In this document: positions 48,781 through 63,100 of the stretch, piece after piece
Position numbering within the stretch: the first letter of the stretch is position 1
Layout: each line of letters starts with the position of its first letter
From: Eutreptiella sp. 'Long Island Sound 2002'
Lineage: Eukaryota > Protista > Euglenida
Assembly (NCBI GenBank): GCA_964036045.1
Contig: OZ038378.1
Coordinates: forward strand, 193,812,001-193,876,000
Direction of reading: 5' to 3'
Length of the DNA: 64,000 nt
Position numbers and translations under genes: made by a program
The notes under the pieces: generated by a model
The model's input: only the letters and a program-made list of their open reading frames with translations
Told to the model about the DNA's origin: nothing
Databases searched by the model: none

Positions 48781-50899
48781 GGCTTGGGGCGGGACAGGGG
48801 TGCTGCGTGTGACAGGCGCAACCAAGCAGCATGTGTGTCCTCACGCACCAGAAGAGATTGCACGCAGATTAGCAACCCCAACACCCTCGACCCTGTGTCC
48901 CCATCAGCTTTGCCAGAATCTGCACCAAACTTCAGCCATGACCCAACTCCAACAATGTTCAGTACCGATGCCACAGGCACACATGCCCGGCATGCAACCA
49001 CAACACCACTACACAACATGTCCACCGCGCCCTAGTAGTGTGCAGATGCACAAGCACGCTGCAAGCTCTCTACACACCACACGCCCGCCACTCTCCACCA
49101 CCACGTCACGCCGGCCCCCTTGTACACTGACGCGGGTGTTTTGGTCTTACTGCACGCCAACAGACCCACGCCCCCACAGGCTCCACTCAAGAAATACCCC
49201 ACAATATACTGCTTTGCGTTTAAAACCTCCACTGCTGAACTCCACCACAGGGCTACTGCGGCCGCTCATCACCACTGACCCGCGCCACCCGACATGTGGC
49301 CAACCCCCACCGCTGCACGGCATCACCCACCAACCCTATCTGGCAATGCTTGAGATACGCCGGGGCTGGCACGCCGCATGAATGCGGGGCGTGGGGTGTG
49401 GCATGAGGAATGCGGGATGTGAACTTGGGATATGGGGGACGTACAAACTGAGTATTGGGAGGTGGGAGGTGGGGGGATGGGGACGTGGGATAGAGATCTA
49501 ACTCCTCCAGTGCGGCCCCGAAGACCGGGAATCCATGAGGGCCTGGACCCTAAGCCCTTGCCGGGACCTCCTCCCGGTGGAGGGTCGTTCCCAGCCGTGC
49601 GATCTTTCCGCTACGCTCATTCAGGAGAGCCTTGGGTTTTCAGTGGTAATTCACCGACAGCAATTGGCACTCAAGAGACAGCGCTTGCCAACGCCAACTG
49701 GCCCTAAACACCGGCAGCTGTCAGTCAATGGGGGTTTTGTTGAGGCTCGGGCGTACCGGATTGAGGTATGTGATTTCTCTTGATCATGAATACCACCGCC
49801 CTGCACTTTACTTTGTCCTTGTGCCATGTCGTGTACATGCCAGACAGGCACTGGGGCCCTGCCTCACTCCTGTCCCAAAGGTTTTATGGCGTTTGGGGGG
49901 AGGGGCATCCTCTCACGTACACCAAAAATAAACCTAAATGAAGGCAATGACAGGTTTGGTTCGTGCTGCATCGTGCCGCCCCCTTGTCACCGTGTTCCCA
50001 GCCCCACGTCACTTGTTACAACAACAGAACGAAGGTGTGGGGTGGCTACCTGGATGACTGCTGTATTGAGAGGCAACTTGGAGAGGCCGTGGCCCTGAGA
50101 AAACGGTTTGCGATGATCAGCCCTAACGACTGAGACGAATTGGAATGTGACCAGCGACGCACGACCAGCATCAGGCTCTCGGACGTGAGCATGCGACTGG
50201 CAGCAGGTTTCAGCAAGGCGCAGGTGATTTTGGGGAGCGCTCACTTTTCCCAATTCCAAAAGACTGCCAAAAGACGTACCTTGTGGCTGGTGGGCCCTCT
50301 GCCTCGTCTCATGCTGTTGGGAAGCGCCCTTGAAGAGCCCTCCCCTCCTCTCTTCTAGTCTCCCTCCCCTCCCTCCCTCCCTCCCTGCACTTTGTTGCCA
50401 ATGCAAGCAGGTTTTGCAAACTACGGGAGTCCCCCCCCCCCACACTTCACCTCACCTTGTGTTCCACCCCTGCTCTGCCCTTGCCCCCCTCCCTCCCTCC
50501 CTCTGTTTGGCGCTCTGTCCCTCAGCCCCCCCAGTCATGTGCTTAGCAACGGGGGGATGGCCTCTCTTGGGATCCACCCACCCTAGCCAAGACCCACCCA
50601 GCCACCCAAACCCAAAAAAAAATCCTGCAAGAGAAAAATGAAATTTTGAATAGAGAGCCGAAATGAGAGGGCCATCTTAGGTACACAAACTTTTTTTCAC
50701 CTTCAACCTTCAACCTTCAACTATTTTTTTCACCCCCCCCCCCTGCAGGGTAGACCCCATGTCAAGCAAATGACTGCTCCATCGGTCCGTCCGTTCGTCG
50801 CTACTCCCGTCACCTTTGCCCCAAGATGCCTCAATACAAAAACAAACGATGTTGGCAAACGAGACAAGGGGGTCAGACATAAGGAGGAATGATTGATCT

Positions 50900-53800
50900 A
50901 TGCACGGCATTCAGTGGTCCTCTCGTGCCTGGTATCGTTTTTCAGGTCACCACTTGTTGGCCCCTTCGGCTACTATCAACGGAAGCCCTCAGATGTGCAT
51001 ATGATGCACATTGAGTAAGCTTCATGGGGTGACAAATCAAGCACAAAATTTTTTCGGACTGGTTACAATTAGGGGCTTCATCAAATTCTGACCACCACTT
51101 TCCTTGGAAGGAGGTAGGGGTTGCTAAGCCGAGGTTCCAAGAATGGCGGACAGCCCAGTTCACTAAGGGGGGTCTCCCATAGAGGCATGCAACTGGCAAT
51201 AAGCAGCAAGAGGCAAGCAGCATGTGGCACACGACATGCAGGCAATGGCCAGCTATAGACAGTACATGGCAGCAGCTTGTAGGACACAGGCAGATAGCCG
51301 TGGCCCCTTGGTGCCCGTTGATAGGGGCTGAGTGGCAGACACACACACACCCCGCAGGCGGGGGTTAGAACCCACTGAGAAATTTGGATGGAGTGCCCGC
51401 ATGTAGCGGCCGTTGCAGCCTCCTTTGCCATAGAGTGACACAGTGTGTAGCGAGGTGCTCAGGCTGAGACGGCATTTGTCCCTGAGACGTAAAATACGGG
51501 CGCACCTTGACTCCCAACTGCCTCGTCCCCAAGCGGGATGAGGGCTTGCATCGCGGGGACTCCTCTGCTAGCAGGTTCGCCCCGCTATCCAAGAACGGCG
51601 GCCCTCTCGTGTAGTGGCAGCACCACCAAGTGCAGAGCATGCTCGGGACTGGCGGGTATGCACCATCGGCTCGAAATCCAGCACGAGCTCCGCAAATGTG
51701 ACATCACCCAGCGCCCACTGTAGCTCCCGCACCCATGTAAAGATATTGGCTGCTAGGCACTGGTCCCACTTCCATCCCCGGGGCAACCCGGCCATTAGCC
51801 GAAATCGCCTTCGATCTCTTGCTCTCAAGGTAGTGGCCCCACGAGCTCCCCCAACGGGTAGGAGCGACCCCTCCCCGGCCGGGGTGCATCCGGGAAGAGG
51901 AGACCCACCCCGGCCTCTTGTGGCCATCCCCTGCTCATGCTACACACGCATAGTGAGGATAGCTAGCTCCATGCCATACAGCCGATAGACAAAATTGTCT
52001 ACCACATTGACGCCGATGTCCTTCGTGACCTAGCCAAGCACCAGACAGGCACCCCCAAGACATGCTTGCCACTAGTCCACTGGCCCCAATCCTAGCCAAG
52101 CACCAGACAGGCACCCCCAAGACATGCTTGCCACTAGTCCACTGGCCCCAATGTCGGCAGGGCCACGGCTACCGCGAGAACCCACGGGGACGAAGTGTGG
52201 CGTGCCGCCGTTCATCGCAGGTGGTCCCATATAATGTGACTCTTCGTCTCTTGCCCCCGTCTTGGGCACTAACGGCCCACATGCGTTGCCCGCCCGCTCA
52301 AGATGCCGTCCACGTGGCCCTAGTCAGCAGCCCGCATAGCATGGAAAGCTCCGTCTCATCTCTGAACTCCACAAGCCCCGCGCGGCAAGCCTGCTTGTCA
52401 ATGAAGCCCGCCAAGCCCCCGAAGGTTTGGGGGTGCCGGGCCTCTAGTTGCAGTAGTAGTTTTGCCGGAGATTGTCCTAAATGCGGTGCCGCAGCAGGGC
52501 CCAGTCTTCGGTGACCATGTCCAGTGCTTCGTGTTGGCCCGAGACTGCCCACTGCCATGCCCTGTGCCCCATGCACAAGCCCTGTGTCACCCGTCCCAGT
52601 GCCCACACCGCCCGCAGCGCCCGACGAGGCACCTCCGGCACTCCCAAGTGGCTTGCAAGAGCACCTGTGTTGACCCCGGGATTCGCGCCACTTTGGCCAA
52701 CAAGCTTGTCATACTTCATCCTCATGACGGGCAACGTGTTGTAGCCCGGCGATAGGAGACAATACACTATCTCCTTGGCCCTCCGCAGCCTTGCGGGCCC
52801 CCTGATGGCCCGTACTATCTGTGTCTTTAGCCGTGCCAAGTCGATGTCAGGGGCATCAGCTAGCTCCACACCATGCAAGGCGATCGCCGGCGCCGGGGAC
52901 CCTGCCGCTGTTGACCTCCGGTGGAGAGTTGCAGCATGCGACCAAGCACACACACACATACTCCGCTCAATCTGCCTCTGAAGTAACGGCCTTGTCCCAC
53001 GTTCTGGCCGTACCCAGATGCCAACCCCCAACTGGCGGAACTCCTCCTCCATGCGTATTGGGGTGCCAAGAAGCGGAATTGGAGCTGCGTGCCCGTCCTC
53101 TAGCGTCCATGTGGTGGACTTGGCCTTAATGGGAGTTTGGGAGGCAAAAATCAACAGCCTCCGTGAGCACGTGGTCGTGACTGCTTGGAACCTACCGCCC
53201 CGGCGTGTGCGAGATGAAAACTACCTAGAGGATGTCGTCCTGGTGCCGCAAGGCCCAGGGTGGGCCGACATCGCCGCTAGCGGATACACAGATGACACGG
53301 AGCCAGTGGCGCCCGATGTTGATGCGTTGCCGCGGCTAGCGCCAGCCACTGAGTGATGGCTCTGGCTCACTAGGCAAGAAGTCCACGACCACGGACAACG
53401 GGCAACCTTGGAGGATGCCGTTGGTCGCCTTCCATCAGCCCCCAAGGTTGCTTGCTAGTTTGAACGTCCGCACTAGTTGGGCATACATGGCCTCCATCGC
53501 TCTTTGCACCCTAGGACAGGCCCCTAGTCATGCACAAACCTCGAACACAATGCCTAGTTGCATTATATCAAAACATTTCCGGTAATCAAGCCCAACATTG
53601 GAAACCATCCACCCCTTCAGGCACCCAAATTCCAGCAGCAGCTAGGTACATGCGGCCCCATCCGCAACGCCACGGGCGGGCCTGACGCCGGACGTCAAGG
53701 GGTGCTCCCACCTCTCCTGCCATTCCATCATCTCTTGTTGGCGCACCCCAGCCCACAGTCGGTAAACCACCGACAAAAACGCGCTGGGCAGAAACACAAC

Positions 53801-55800
53801 TAGCGGTGCAAGCTCATCCCCTTGCAGCCACCAGTAGATAGTGTCATGTTCCGTGGACCATGCTTCATCAAGACACAGTGCCTCTAGCTGCACAGCCGAT
53901 GCTGATTTTGCCGCCGAGGGACCATCAGCTCCTTCACACGGAGCCGCCCTGGCAGGCCACCTAGCAGTGCCCTTGATGGTTGCAACCCCCGGTCCGCAGG
54001 GATGCAGTATCTTGCATAGCCCGGACCCAAGTTTCGCAAGCGTTGTAGGCGGGTCTTTGCCGCATCGGACAGCCGTTGAAGTGCCCGCGGCCAGGGGCTA
54101 GGCTGCGCCAGCGTCTACACCACCTCACACTCCAACTCTCGGAGAGCCCCTTGAGCAAGGTGGACCCGCGCTTGAGGGCGCATGACTTGCGCCCCGGACA
54201 AGGTGTGCTGCTCTGGGACGGAGTCGTGCAAAGCGGATGAGCTTGGTGGTGCCCCCACCACGTCTCTCCTTCTAAGGGGCTAACGGTATCAAGCAGTCCA
54301 CATGGATGTCCTTCACCTCCAGCCAGGGTAGGCAGACTACTAGGAACCTCTTCCGCCACCAAGGACCATAAGCCCCATGCTGCATCCACATCCCCTGACT
54401 GCAGAAGGTGTTCTCACCGTGGTGTCAAAGGCCCAAGCATGCCCCCCACAAGTGCAGCAAGCTGATCGTCCTCAATGGGGGGCATCTTTAGTTGTAGCAG
54501 CTGTACCAAGCGATGCATGCGTTGGCTGGCCAGGGGCATGCACAACCCAAAACACCACAAGCTAGTGTCATGGTAAGCCGTCCCCTGGCAGCGCCTCGCC
54601 TATTTGGCAAGCAACACCGTACGGACATGAACCAGGCATTTGTCAATGTGTGACGGGCACGTGCCCGGCGAGCCCTCGTACTAGCAAAGGGCGCCGGCCG
54701 CCTCCGCCACTGCCAACTCTTGATTTAGGTCCACAAGCTGCCGCCTAGTACGAGCTAGGGCCAAGGGCCGGGGGATCCGCACCAAGTCCGAGGGGGGACA
54801 TTGCTGGCCCCCCCTCCCCGCACTTGAGGGGCATTGCCTAGCCCCGCATAGTGCTCCACCACTTCGCCTAATAGCACCTGCGACGAGCACAATGAGCATG
54901 TGTGCAGTGGGCCGCACGGGGGGGCGACGCAACATTGCGTGCTCCTAGTACCGGCCAAATAGCGAAGGAGCGCCCCCAACCACGGGGCTGCCCCCGTTGG
55001 CGACTCCATCCACTATTGGGCACACTGGCTGTTGGGCATTGGACTACTCCCGCACCTTCCTCGCGCGCATGTCTCTCGATAGCCTGCCGGATGGTGGATC
55101 CATGGAGGTTGATCCAACCAACAGCATGTTTGATATCCTCTGCAGCCCATGCCGGCCGCACCGCCACGAGAGGGTGCGGCGTGAACCGAACCTCATCCGC
55201 CATGTTGCGGGGATTCAGGCAAAAGCACCTAGGCCTATGTGGCATATGCTTGTGGCCGTTGCCCTGACCCTCACCGATACAGTGGAGAGAGTGGCCCCCG
55301 CCCACCCTGGGTGCCGCATTGGCACCAACTACCTACCAGCTTGCCGGTTTCTCCTGCTGCCAGTCAAGCGCAGCGTGTTGCAAGTCGTGTGTTTGGCAGT
55401 CTTGCCTTGTTGCCGGTTGTAGCACCACCTGGTCCTCGAATTGGGGCAAGGGCTCGTCGCCGAACCTTCCCCGTTGGCTGCCCCACCATGGGCGTCCTCG
55501 GGGCGGCCAACTCCTCCTTCGGGTCGTTGATGATCTTCAAGAGCTCAATGTTCTATCTCTCCAACAAGTCGTGGTCCGTTGGTCCTCTGAGACCGGTGCG
55601 GCAATGTGGCAGCCGGCGTGGCGCCTCCTTTGCGGCCTCCGCTGCGTGCCGACTACTGCTGGGGCTGCACCCGCGGGTCTCCATGCGCATAGAGCGCCGC
55701 CAGGACCCCCAATTCCCGCGGCGCCTTTAGGAGGGGCTGCAGGGCGTCATCGGAGGTTGTTTGAGGGTAGGCCCTGCCTACCCTCAAACAGAGGGCGTGG
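50900..55800 (-). mobile_element. Decayed APE-type non-LTR retrotransposon (APE, RT, CCHC-like knuckle) with stops and frameshifts
   Basis: Minus-strand motifs: SHIDKCLV (APE-like, ~54620-54650), LSVVYRLWAG (~53740-53770), GLDYRKCFD (~53565-53590), WKATNGILQGCPLSVV (~53385-53435), FRQLGVGI (~53020-53045), GARDEESHIIWD knuckle-like (~52225-52260), VTFAELVLDFE (~51670-51705). GYTDDT lies on the plus strand (see findings). Ends are approximate. Confidence 0.88.
52029..52152. repeat. Perfect 62-bp tandem duplication inside the LINE
   Basis: cctagccaagcaccagacaggcacccccaagacatgcttgccactagtccactggccccaat x2. Confidence 0.92.
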
Positions 55801-57129
55801 CCATCAATGCGTCGCATTCAGAGTGGGCGTGCTTTGCTTTCAGCCGAACGTAATGCCACCGCCGCCGCAAGCAATTAAATGAGAACACAAGCAGGCACAA
55901 AAGAAAGCACCTTCAAAGGTTACGGAAACAACGGTAGGTGTTGTTTAGACAAGGGATTTGTCTAAACACTGGGATAGGGTGCCAATACAGAGAAGGAATC
56001 CACTCCGATTTCAACTGGGGGGGGGGGGCTGTCTTGTGGAAAACAGCTTCAAATGCTGAGAAGAAGTGCTGCACCCGGAGGGGCGCAGGACAGCCTTACA
56101 CTGATTCTGCGTGTACGGGGTGTGGGCTGGGGGGCCGCGGTCTTTCTATAGCCTTCGATGGCGTCCTTCATCGTTTATGCTAGCATCTCATGGCGGGGAG
56201 TTCAGTTCAGTTCCGGACCCCACCCCTGTGGTGTGAGCAGCTGGGGTTCGGAGAGGGGGGGGGATTCCGACTCTGGGGGTGTTTCTGAATTCCCTGTTTC
56301 ATGCGGAGCATTTTGAACACATACAAATATGGGGGGTGAAATCCCCCTTCACCTCCACCATCCACCACACCTTCATCACATTCATCAGGTCCATCGCTCC
56401 ACAGGCCTCAGCCACAACCGAGCTGGGTGTTTAGATGCCTGGCGCCTGTTGCCCTGTGCACACCTGTTGTTCCCCATTGGCGTACGTTGGGGGGGGGGGT
56501 CTGAAGAGGGGCTGGCCCCCTCCACACATCACTGCTTTGGGTGTAGGAATTCCACCAGACCACAGTCTACATCTACCCCAAAACCCATGCATCCAATGAC
56601 GCACACCTCAGGGGCTGCATTGTCGTGTGCAACATAAACAGCCTGCTGACGCTCGAGTGCCCCTGTCAGCTTGCCTGCACACAAACACGCACACCAGACT
56701 GCAACACGACGGATTCGGAAACAGAATCGCTGCAGAACCCACACCCCCAAAGCCTCCACACACATGTAAAAGAGGACAGATCAGCCAAGCCATCCTGCCA
56801 GTTGTCCAACACACATGACAGCCAGAAATCATCGCGAGGCACAGCCGCCGCCTTGCTGCAATCCACACCGCCCTGTGCCACAGCATGCAGACAGGGCATT
56901 CCAGAGTCCGGTGGTGCGTGTGTTGGCTGCACCACCACAGGCATCTGCAGTCATCACCGTCCTGACATTCTGTGTCTTGGGACCCATGTCTTTGGGGATC
57001 ACAAGAAGCGGACCCACTGGGGCGGCAGTTGGACCCGCTCCAGAAATGGCCGAAGAGGCGGGGGGTCCAGAGGAGGGTGGCGGGGGCTCCAGAGGAGGGG
57101 GATGCCAAAAAAAAACTTCAGACCTGCCA

Positions 57130-60100
57130 CACTCTGAAATTTGTTTCTGCAACCATTATGGACACTCAGGGCACGATGTACTCACGTTGCTTTCTGTGCA
57201 CCAATCGTCACGTTGGGATATCTGGTGTTCCGCTGTTGGTTTTGGTGGACCCTGGCGTCAATGCTTAATTTGGGCCAAGACACAGGGTCATTCGGCAGAT
57301 CCGTAGCGTGGAGAGCTGGGCCAACACGCTTTTACTGGTTTGAAAGGACAAAGAACGTGATGCGCCACGGAGGTGTGTTCGGATTGTCGATAGATCCCCA
57401 TATAGTTGGGTGTTGTAGCCACGTTGAAAGCGTCCCGGTTTGCACTCCTATGTGTGACGAATCAGAGCAGTTTGCCAAAAGTGCATAAGGTGTCATACTT
57501 GCTCCACTAGCAGCACCCTTTGTCAGGGTGCACCCAGAAAGCTCACAATGGAATGAATAATTCAAATGCGAGTGAAAATACGGGGGCAAGAAACGACCCC
57601 TTCGGCTTCAATTTTCATCGGAGTACGAATCAAACATACAATACCGGCATCGTCGACATGTACTTTGGTCAAGTCGACGTCAGCTGGCAACTACGGGCGG
57701 AGGGGTTGATCAACACTGTCTGGCCCCACCTTTGGTGCAGCGGGAAAACACCGCGGCGTCCAGCCCTCCGTCCAGCTTTGTTTTTTTTGTTTGTGCACAA
57801 AACCATGCAGGAGCCATCCACAGAGGCAAGCAGGCGAGCACGCATACACGCAAGGCTGCAGGCACGTGTGCAGGCATGTAGGCGTGCAGGCGTGCGTCTG
57901 TGAGGGACTGCACTGAGGCACCAATGCAGGCATACAGGCAGGCCTGCATCCGCGCAGCCGCTCACGCACATCAACATGTGATGTGCAAGCGCATACGGCA
58001 TGCAACACACGGCGGGCGGGCAGACATGCCCACTCTTTGGCACGTCCTGTTTATGAAGGGACCAGGTTCGCCCGTTGGGGTGTGGGCCCGTGGCACGTGC
58101 TGTTGCTGATGCCGCAGCCCGCAGTCTGCGAATCGGGGCTAGCACAGGGTGTGTGGCGAAGAGTTTGGCTTTCGACGTCCGGGAAGGGGACGTGGGGGGA
58201 CACCTGCATGCAAGCCACTTCTCGCAGCACCAACACGGGAACCCGCCGGTACACCAGTCTTCATTGTGGGCGGATTGGTGGCCATTGCCTGTGAATGCAA
58301 ATGGGGTTGGCCACCTCGGGCCCCCGCACAAAGCAACCGAATCAGCCCCCAACCGACCTCCACGCGCACCCCGCAAGGGTCCCAAACGCCGCGGCCGTGG
58401 TTGGCAAAACGGACCTTGACGCACCCAAACAGAAGGCCCGTGCTCCCTTGTGGATCGGCCCTCACCCACTGTCCTCCCTCACTTCCACGACCCCACCATC
58501 GTTTGGGGCGGGGTATCACTGCGTCTGGGACCTTAACACGCTGCGCTCTGGGTGGAAGGTGGCAAGGGGGTCGGTTTCAAGGTGAAGCATTGGGTTCTTG
58601 GGGTTGATACAAAGCCACGGGCGGCTTTGTTCGTCACAGCGCTCGTGGCTCTGGGTCTGCTTTAGACATTACCGAATGTTTGCGCGCTTCGATTCAAATC
58701 ACCCGCGGGTTCTCTTATGTGCCATAAATAAACAATACAAGGAGCTGTTGTGGCCCTTGGATTCCACGGATTGTACGAAAATCTCGAAGGCTGATGGCCT
58801 GGTATAGGTAATTTCTGCCACTAAGCTGTGGCTTGGGTGGGGTGTTGTAGCCTCATCATAGTGTACGGAGAGACTCGAACTAGGTTCATTCCGACCGTGG
58901 AAAGGCATCGGGTGTGTGATGATTCTGATTTCTTAGATAGTGTTCGTGACATGGCTTCAATGTCGACACTAGGAGTGCACTACACCTCACATGAGTAAGT
59001 GACTGAGCAGTGGCGGTTTTTCGGCAAGTCTCGGGTGCTCATGTCCTTCGTGTTCCATTTTGTGCGTCAGGAGTAGCCGGGCAGCCATTCCGCCTCCTCA
59101 TTGAGAGGATTCCATTCATCACTGTGGTTTGTTTCCGGGATTTTATGACCTTTGTTTGCCGATCATACTGGGGGTTTGGGGACGGTCGTCTGTCCTCCGA
59201 ACTAGAGCCAACGGGCTTTTTTGGGTTTTCATGGTTCGGGTTCTCTTTGGGCTGGGAAATCGTAGCATTTGAGTAGACCCCCCTTAGACAGGGGGGACAC
59301 CGTGGTGCGGGCGAGGCCCAGCCAGGCCGCCGACAACCCCACTTCCCTTGCATGTCATACTTCAGGATTGACTCATGGCACATGTCTTCGGAGCCATCGC
59401 ACACACCCAAGGGAGGGGCCAAAATGCTCCCCCCCCCCCCCATGGGTGGGCTGTGGAGTGCATTACCTCTAGTTTGCATTTGTCCGTTTTTTCATGAGGT
59501 CTCAACCCCCCCCCCCCTAGGTGTGGTGACAGAACTTTCAGGGTGTGGGTGTGGGCTATGGGTTGAGGCTATGATTGTGTGAGTGGAAAGGCTGCTGGCA
59601 TTTTTTGTTGGCAGTTGCACTCCTCGCAGATGAGCAAAAATTGATTCCGCTTCCATATGTCACAGCAAAATTTTAGTTCGCAGTTTGTAGTTGGCAAAAG
59701 AGTGCACTGAAACATCAAGCACAAATTCGCGTGCACGGACATACGTGGACGGCTTGTGGCTTTGGGTTGGAGTCGTACACGACGACCGCGACACATAGCA
59801 TCGCAACCACGGCACCCACGGATGCCCATGGCGGTTTTGAAAGGATGTGCAAGGGACAACGGCAACCTATGCGGTATGGAGACGCCTCTGGACCAATGAT
59901 CAACCAAGGGGACGGCACAAAAGGGGGGAGGGGGTTCGGTGAAGGTCCGATCCACGATCTGCGGCGATCCATTGGAGGGTTATGGCAAGGGTGCAATCTA
60001 CGATCCATAAATCAAAAATTCACTTTTTTTTTCCAATGTATCCAATACAAGCATTTAATTGTGTTGTCGCTGTGACGGCGAGTTGGAAAATTTTTCTGCA

Positions 60101-63100
60101 ACGCAATGTCATCCACGATGACATTTTCATTGTCGAGGTGCTTTTGAAAAACAAGTTCGGCAAGGATGAAGCAAAAAATAATGCACAACACATTATTGCA
60201 AATCATTGATCCACCCATGTTTTCAAGAAAAAACAGCACACCGGTGCTGCGGTGTGGCATGGAACGACAACAACGTACTGTGTTGATTTAGATAATCGAA
60301 GTTGAGAGGAAACAAGATGGGTCAATCACCGGGTGCGCTTTTTATCTTCCAAAGTAATTTATTGTCCAAATTGTCCATTCCGGTGGCCGAAACGGGGTTT
60401 TGAGCTCGTTTTGAGTGGCGGGCGGGGTTGCGGCCGTGTCCGATACGCGATCGGGGGAGGAGGGGAGTTTTAGGAGGGGATCCAATCCACGATTTGGGGT
60501 AGGCTTAGCCCCCCAAACACTTCAACGGCAACTTCGCGTGAAAACTCTCAGATGCTCAAAACGATGCCCCTCCAAAGGGGACTAGGTGAGGCGATCCGTC
60601 GCGGATCATGGTGGTGGAACCCCCCCCCCCCCGGTCCGGATCATGGATCGGACATGGAGGTGGAAACCCCCCCCCCTTCCTACCCTCCGAAATGGATCAA
60701 ACCCCAAAAAACCTCCAAAAAGCCGCGCCGCGCCGCACATGATGCCAATAGCCCCAACCTCACCAAGTCTTACACCAACGGGCACACAACAAAGCTTCTT
60801 CTAAGGTCATGAGGCAAGTTCTTCAATTGCAACCAAGTAACAACATCAAGTACGTGAGAAAGTTGTTGTTGGACAAAAGTTCTTGATGTAACAAATTCAA
60901 AACGTTTGCAATTATTGCTTGGCGACAATGTTGTTGATCTATAATAGAGTTCTACCCCCCCCCCCCCCATGCCTGTAGAACCACCAGCCGAAGCCATTTA
61001 TAAGACCCACCTCCTTTTTCGGCCCTCCCCGGCAAAGATAGGCAAAGATAGCTAAAAGACCCACTTTCAAAAGACCCTTTATAAGACCCACCCAAGAAAA
61101 TTTTGCGCAGCACAGGGAAATGAAGGAAAAGTGACCTCAACCTTGTCGCGAACCCCTGCAACCCTGCAGCCCTGCAACCATTGAGCACCCGTAGGTCCTC
61201 GACAAGCTACGAGCCACATCCATCGTCATCTGCCTAGTATCCGTCGCACGTTTGCATGTGTGGGCATTTTCCGGATCAGCAAAGTATAAGACCCACTCCC
61301 AGAACACCACTATATAAGACCCACTCGCCCGGGCTCCGGGACAAAAAATTATAAGACCCGGGTCTACGGGGGTGTTCCTACGGGGGTGGGTTGAACAACC
61401 CCTCCCCCCCCCCCACTTGGCTGGCCACGGCTGGCCAAAAATGGAGGGGGGGGAAATTTGGCCAAAATCAAGGAAAATGAAGAAAAAACGGCCAAACTTG
61501 GGGTCCCTAGGGGTGCAAGCCACCCCCTTTTGACTTGCGGCTATGTATGCTACTGCATTTGGGGCAACTAGGTTGTGTGGCCTCTTTTTAAGTGCGAAAT
61601 GACCCCCCTCCCTCCCATGCTCAATATCACGTGCAGCTGAAGACACACAATGTGGCATAGACATAATGCAAAGTCATCTCCATACACCGAGCCCTCGTCA
61701 TCAGCAGTGACCTCCTGACATGACAAACGTAGGTGCATGGTGAGGAAATTGTACCAATACCTGCAGCACAGTCATCATCATGTAATCTTAAGAGGCAAAA
61801 TGCAAAAATGCAAGGCCCAACACAATATGGTGGCTAGACGGTTGGGTGGCTGGGTGACAAGGTGGCTGGTTGGGTGGCTGGGTGGTTGGGTAGCTGGGTG
61901 GCTGGGCGGCTGGGCGGCTAGACCCCCCCCCCACTGACCGGAACACGCCCTACAGGCACGGGGGGGGGGGTAACTTCTTGATCCAAAAATCACAATGAGG
62001 AAAGGCATTAATGAAGAACAAAGTTCTGTGGTCAACAAATTTATGCAACAAACTTAATTCTTGATCCAAAAAAGATGCTACAAAGAACAAAGCAGTTCAT
62101 TCGGGGAAAAAAAAGGAGACAAGGCCAATGTTGTTCACATAGAGGGCGCCCTGGACGCGGGGGGGACGCGGGGAGGGCATGAAATTGGCCGTTTTCAAGG
62201 GACCTAGACATGCAACTATTTTTGGGGTTTTGGCATGGCTTATGCCCTCCTAGGCCCTCCTATCCTTCAATACAACAGAAAACAACACAGGATGGCCCTT
62301 TGGATCGCAACCATCCACTGGAATCCTATGCCACAACATGTACACGGCGTTGCAACTCACATGTACACATGTCCTTCAGCAACGACAAATAGCCACAAAA
62401 ACAAAAGCTTTAGCATTCCGAGCGAAAGGCATGACGACAAAAAATAGTTCAGGTCCCATCCGGAGACATAGTGTGGCGCGCAAAAAGAAAGAAATAAATG
62501 ATCCTAGAATGCATGTTGTTAAAAAAAAGGTTAGAAGCCCAATCGGGGATGTAGTCTTCTTGCAAAATATTTGCCCAATCAATGTGCACCAAGCAATGAC
62601 GAAGGAACAAAAAGTGGCCATATTGTTCAAAAAAAATCTGTGGGGCAACAAAACTTGAACCATCTCTTGGGGCTCTTCCCTATGGGTTGTAATCAAGACA
62701 AATATCATCGTTTTCACGGTACGCGGGGGATGATGCGGGGGGGACGCGGGGAGGGCGCCCTCATAATTGTAACAATGTACACCACCAATTAGCAAACATA
62801 TGCACAGCAAACGAGCTAGGGCTCGGTAACAATGGTAGCGGGCTTGCGATCATAGTGGAGCACAGAAGAGAATGGGAGAACGAAACACCTTCGGTATGGA
62901 ATTCTCCGAAAGTTGGATTTTCCGTCGTGCCACGGAGTGACGCCATTTCTACCGTGTAGGCCATGGCTAAACAAACCGTCTTGGTCAAAGAAATGAAATG
63001 TACCAATCCTTATAACAATCGATGTGATACAAGCACAAAGCTTTGGGTCTACGAAAAGTGGCCCAGCCGCTCGTGTCATGGCTTTGCATTGTGTTATGTT

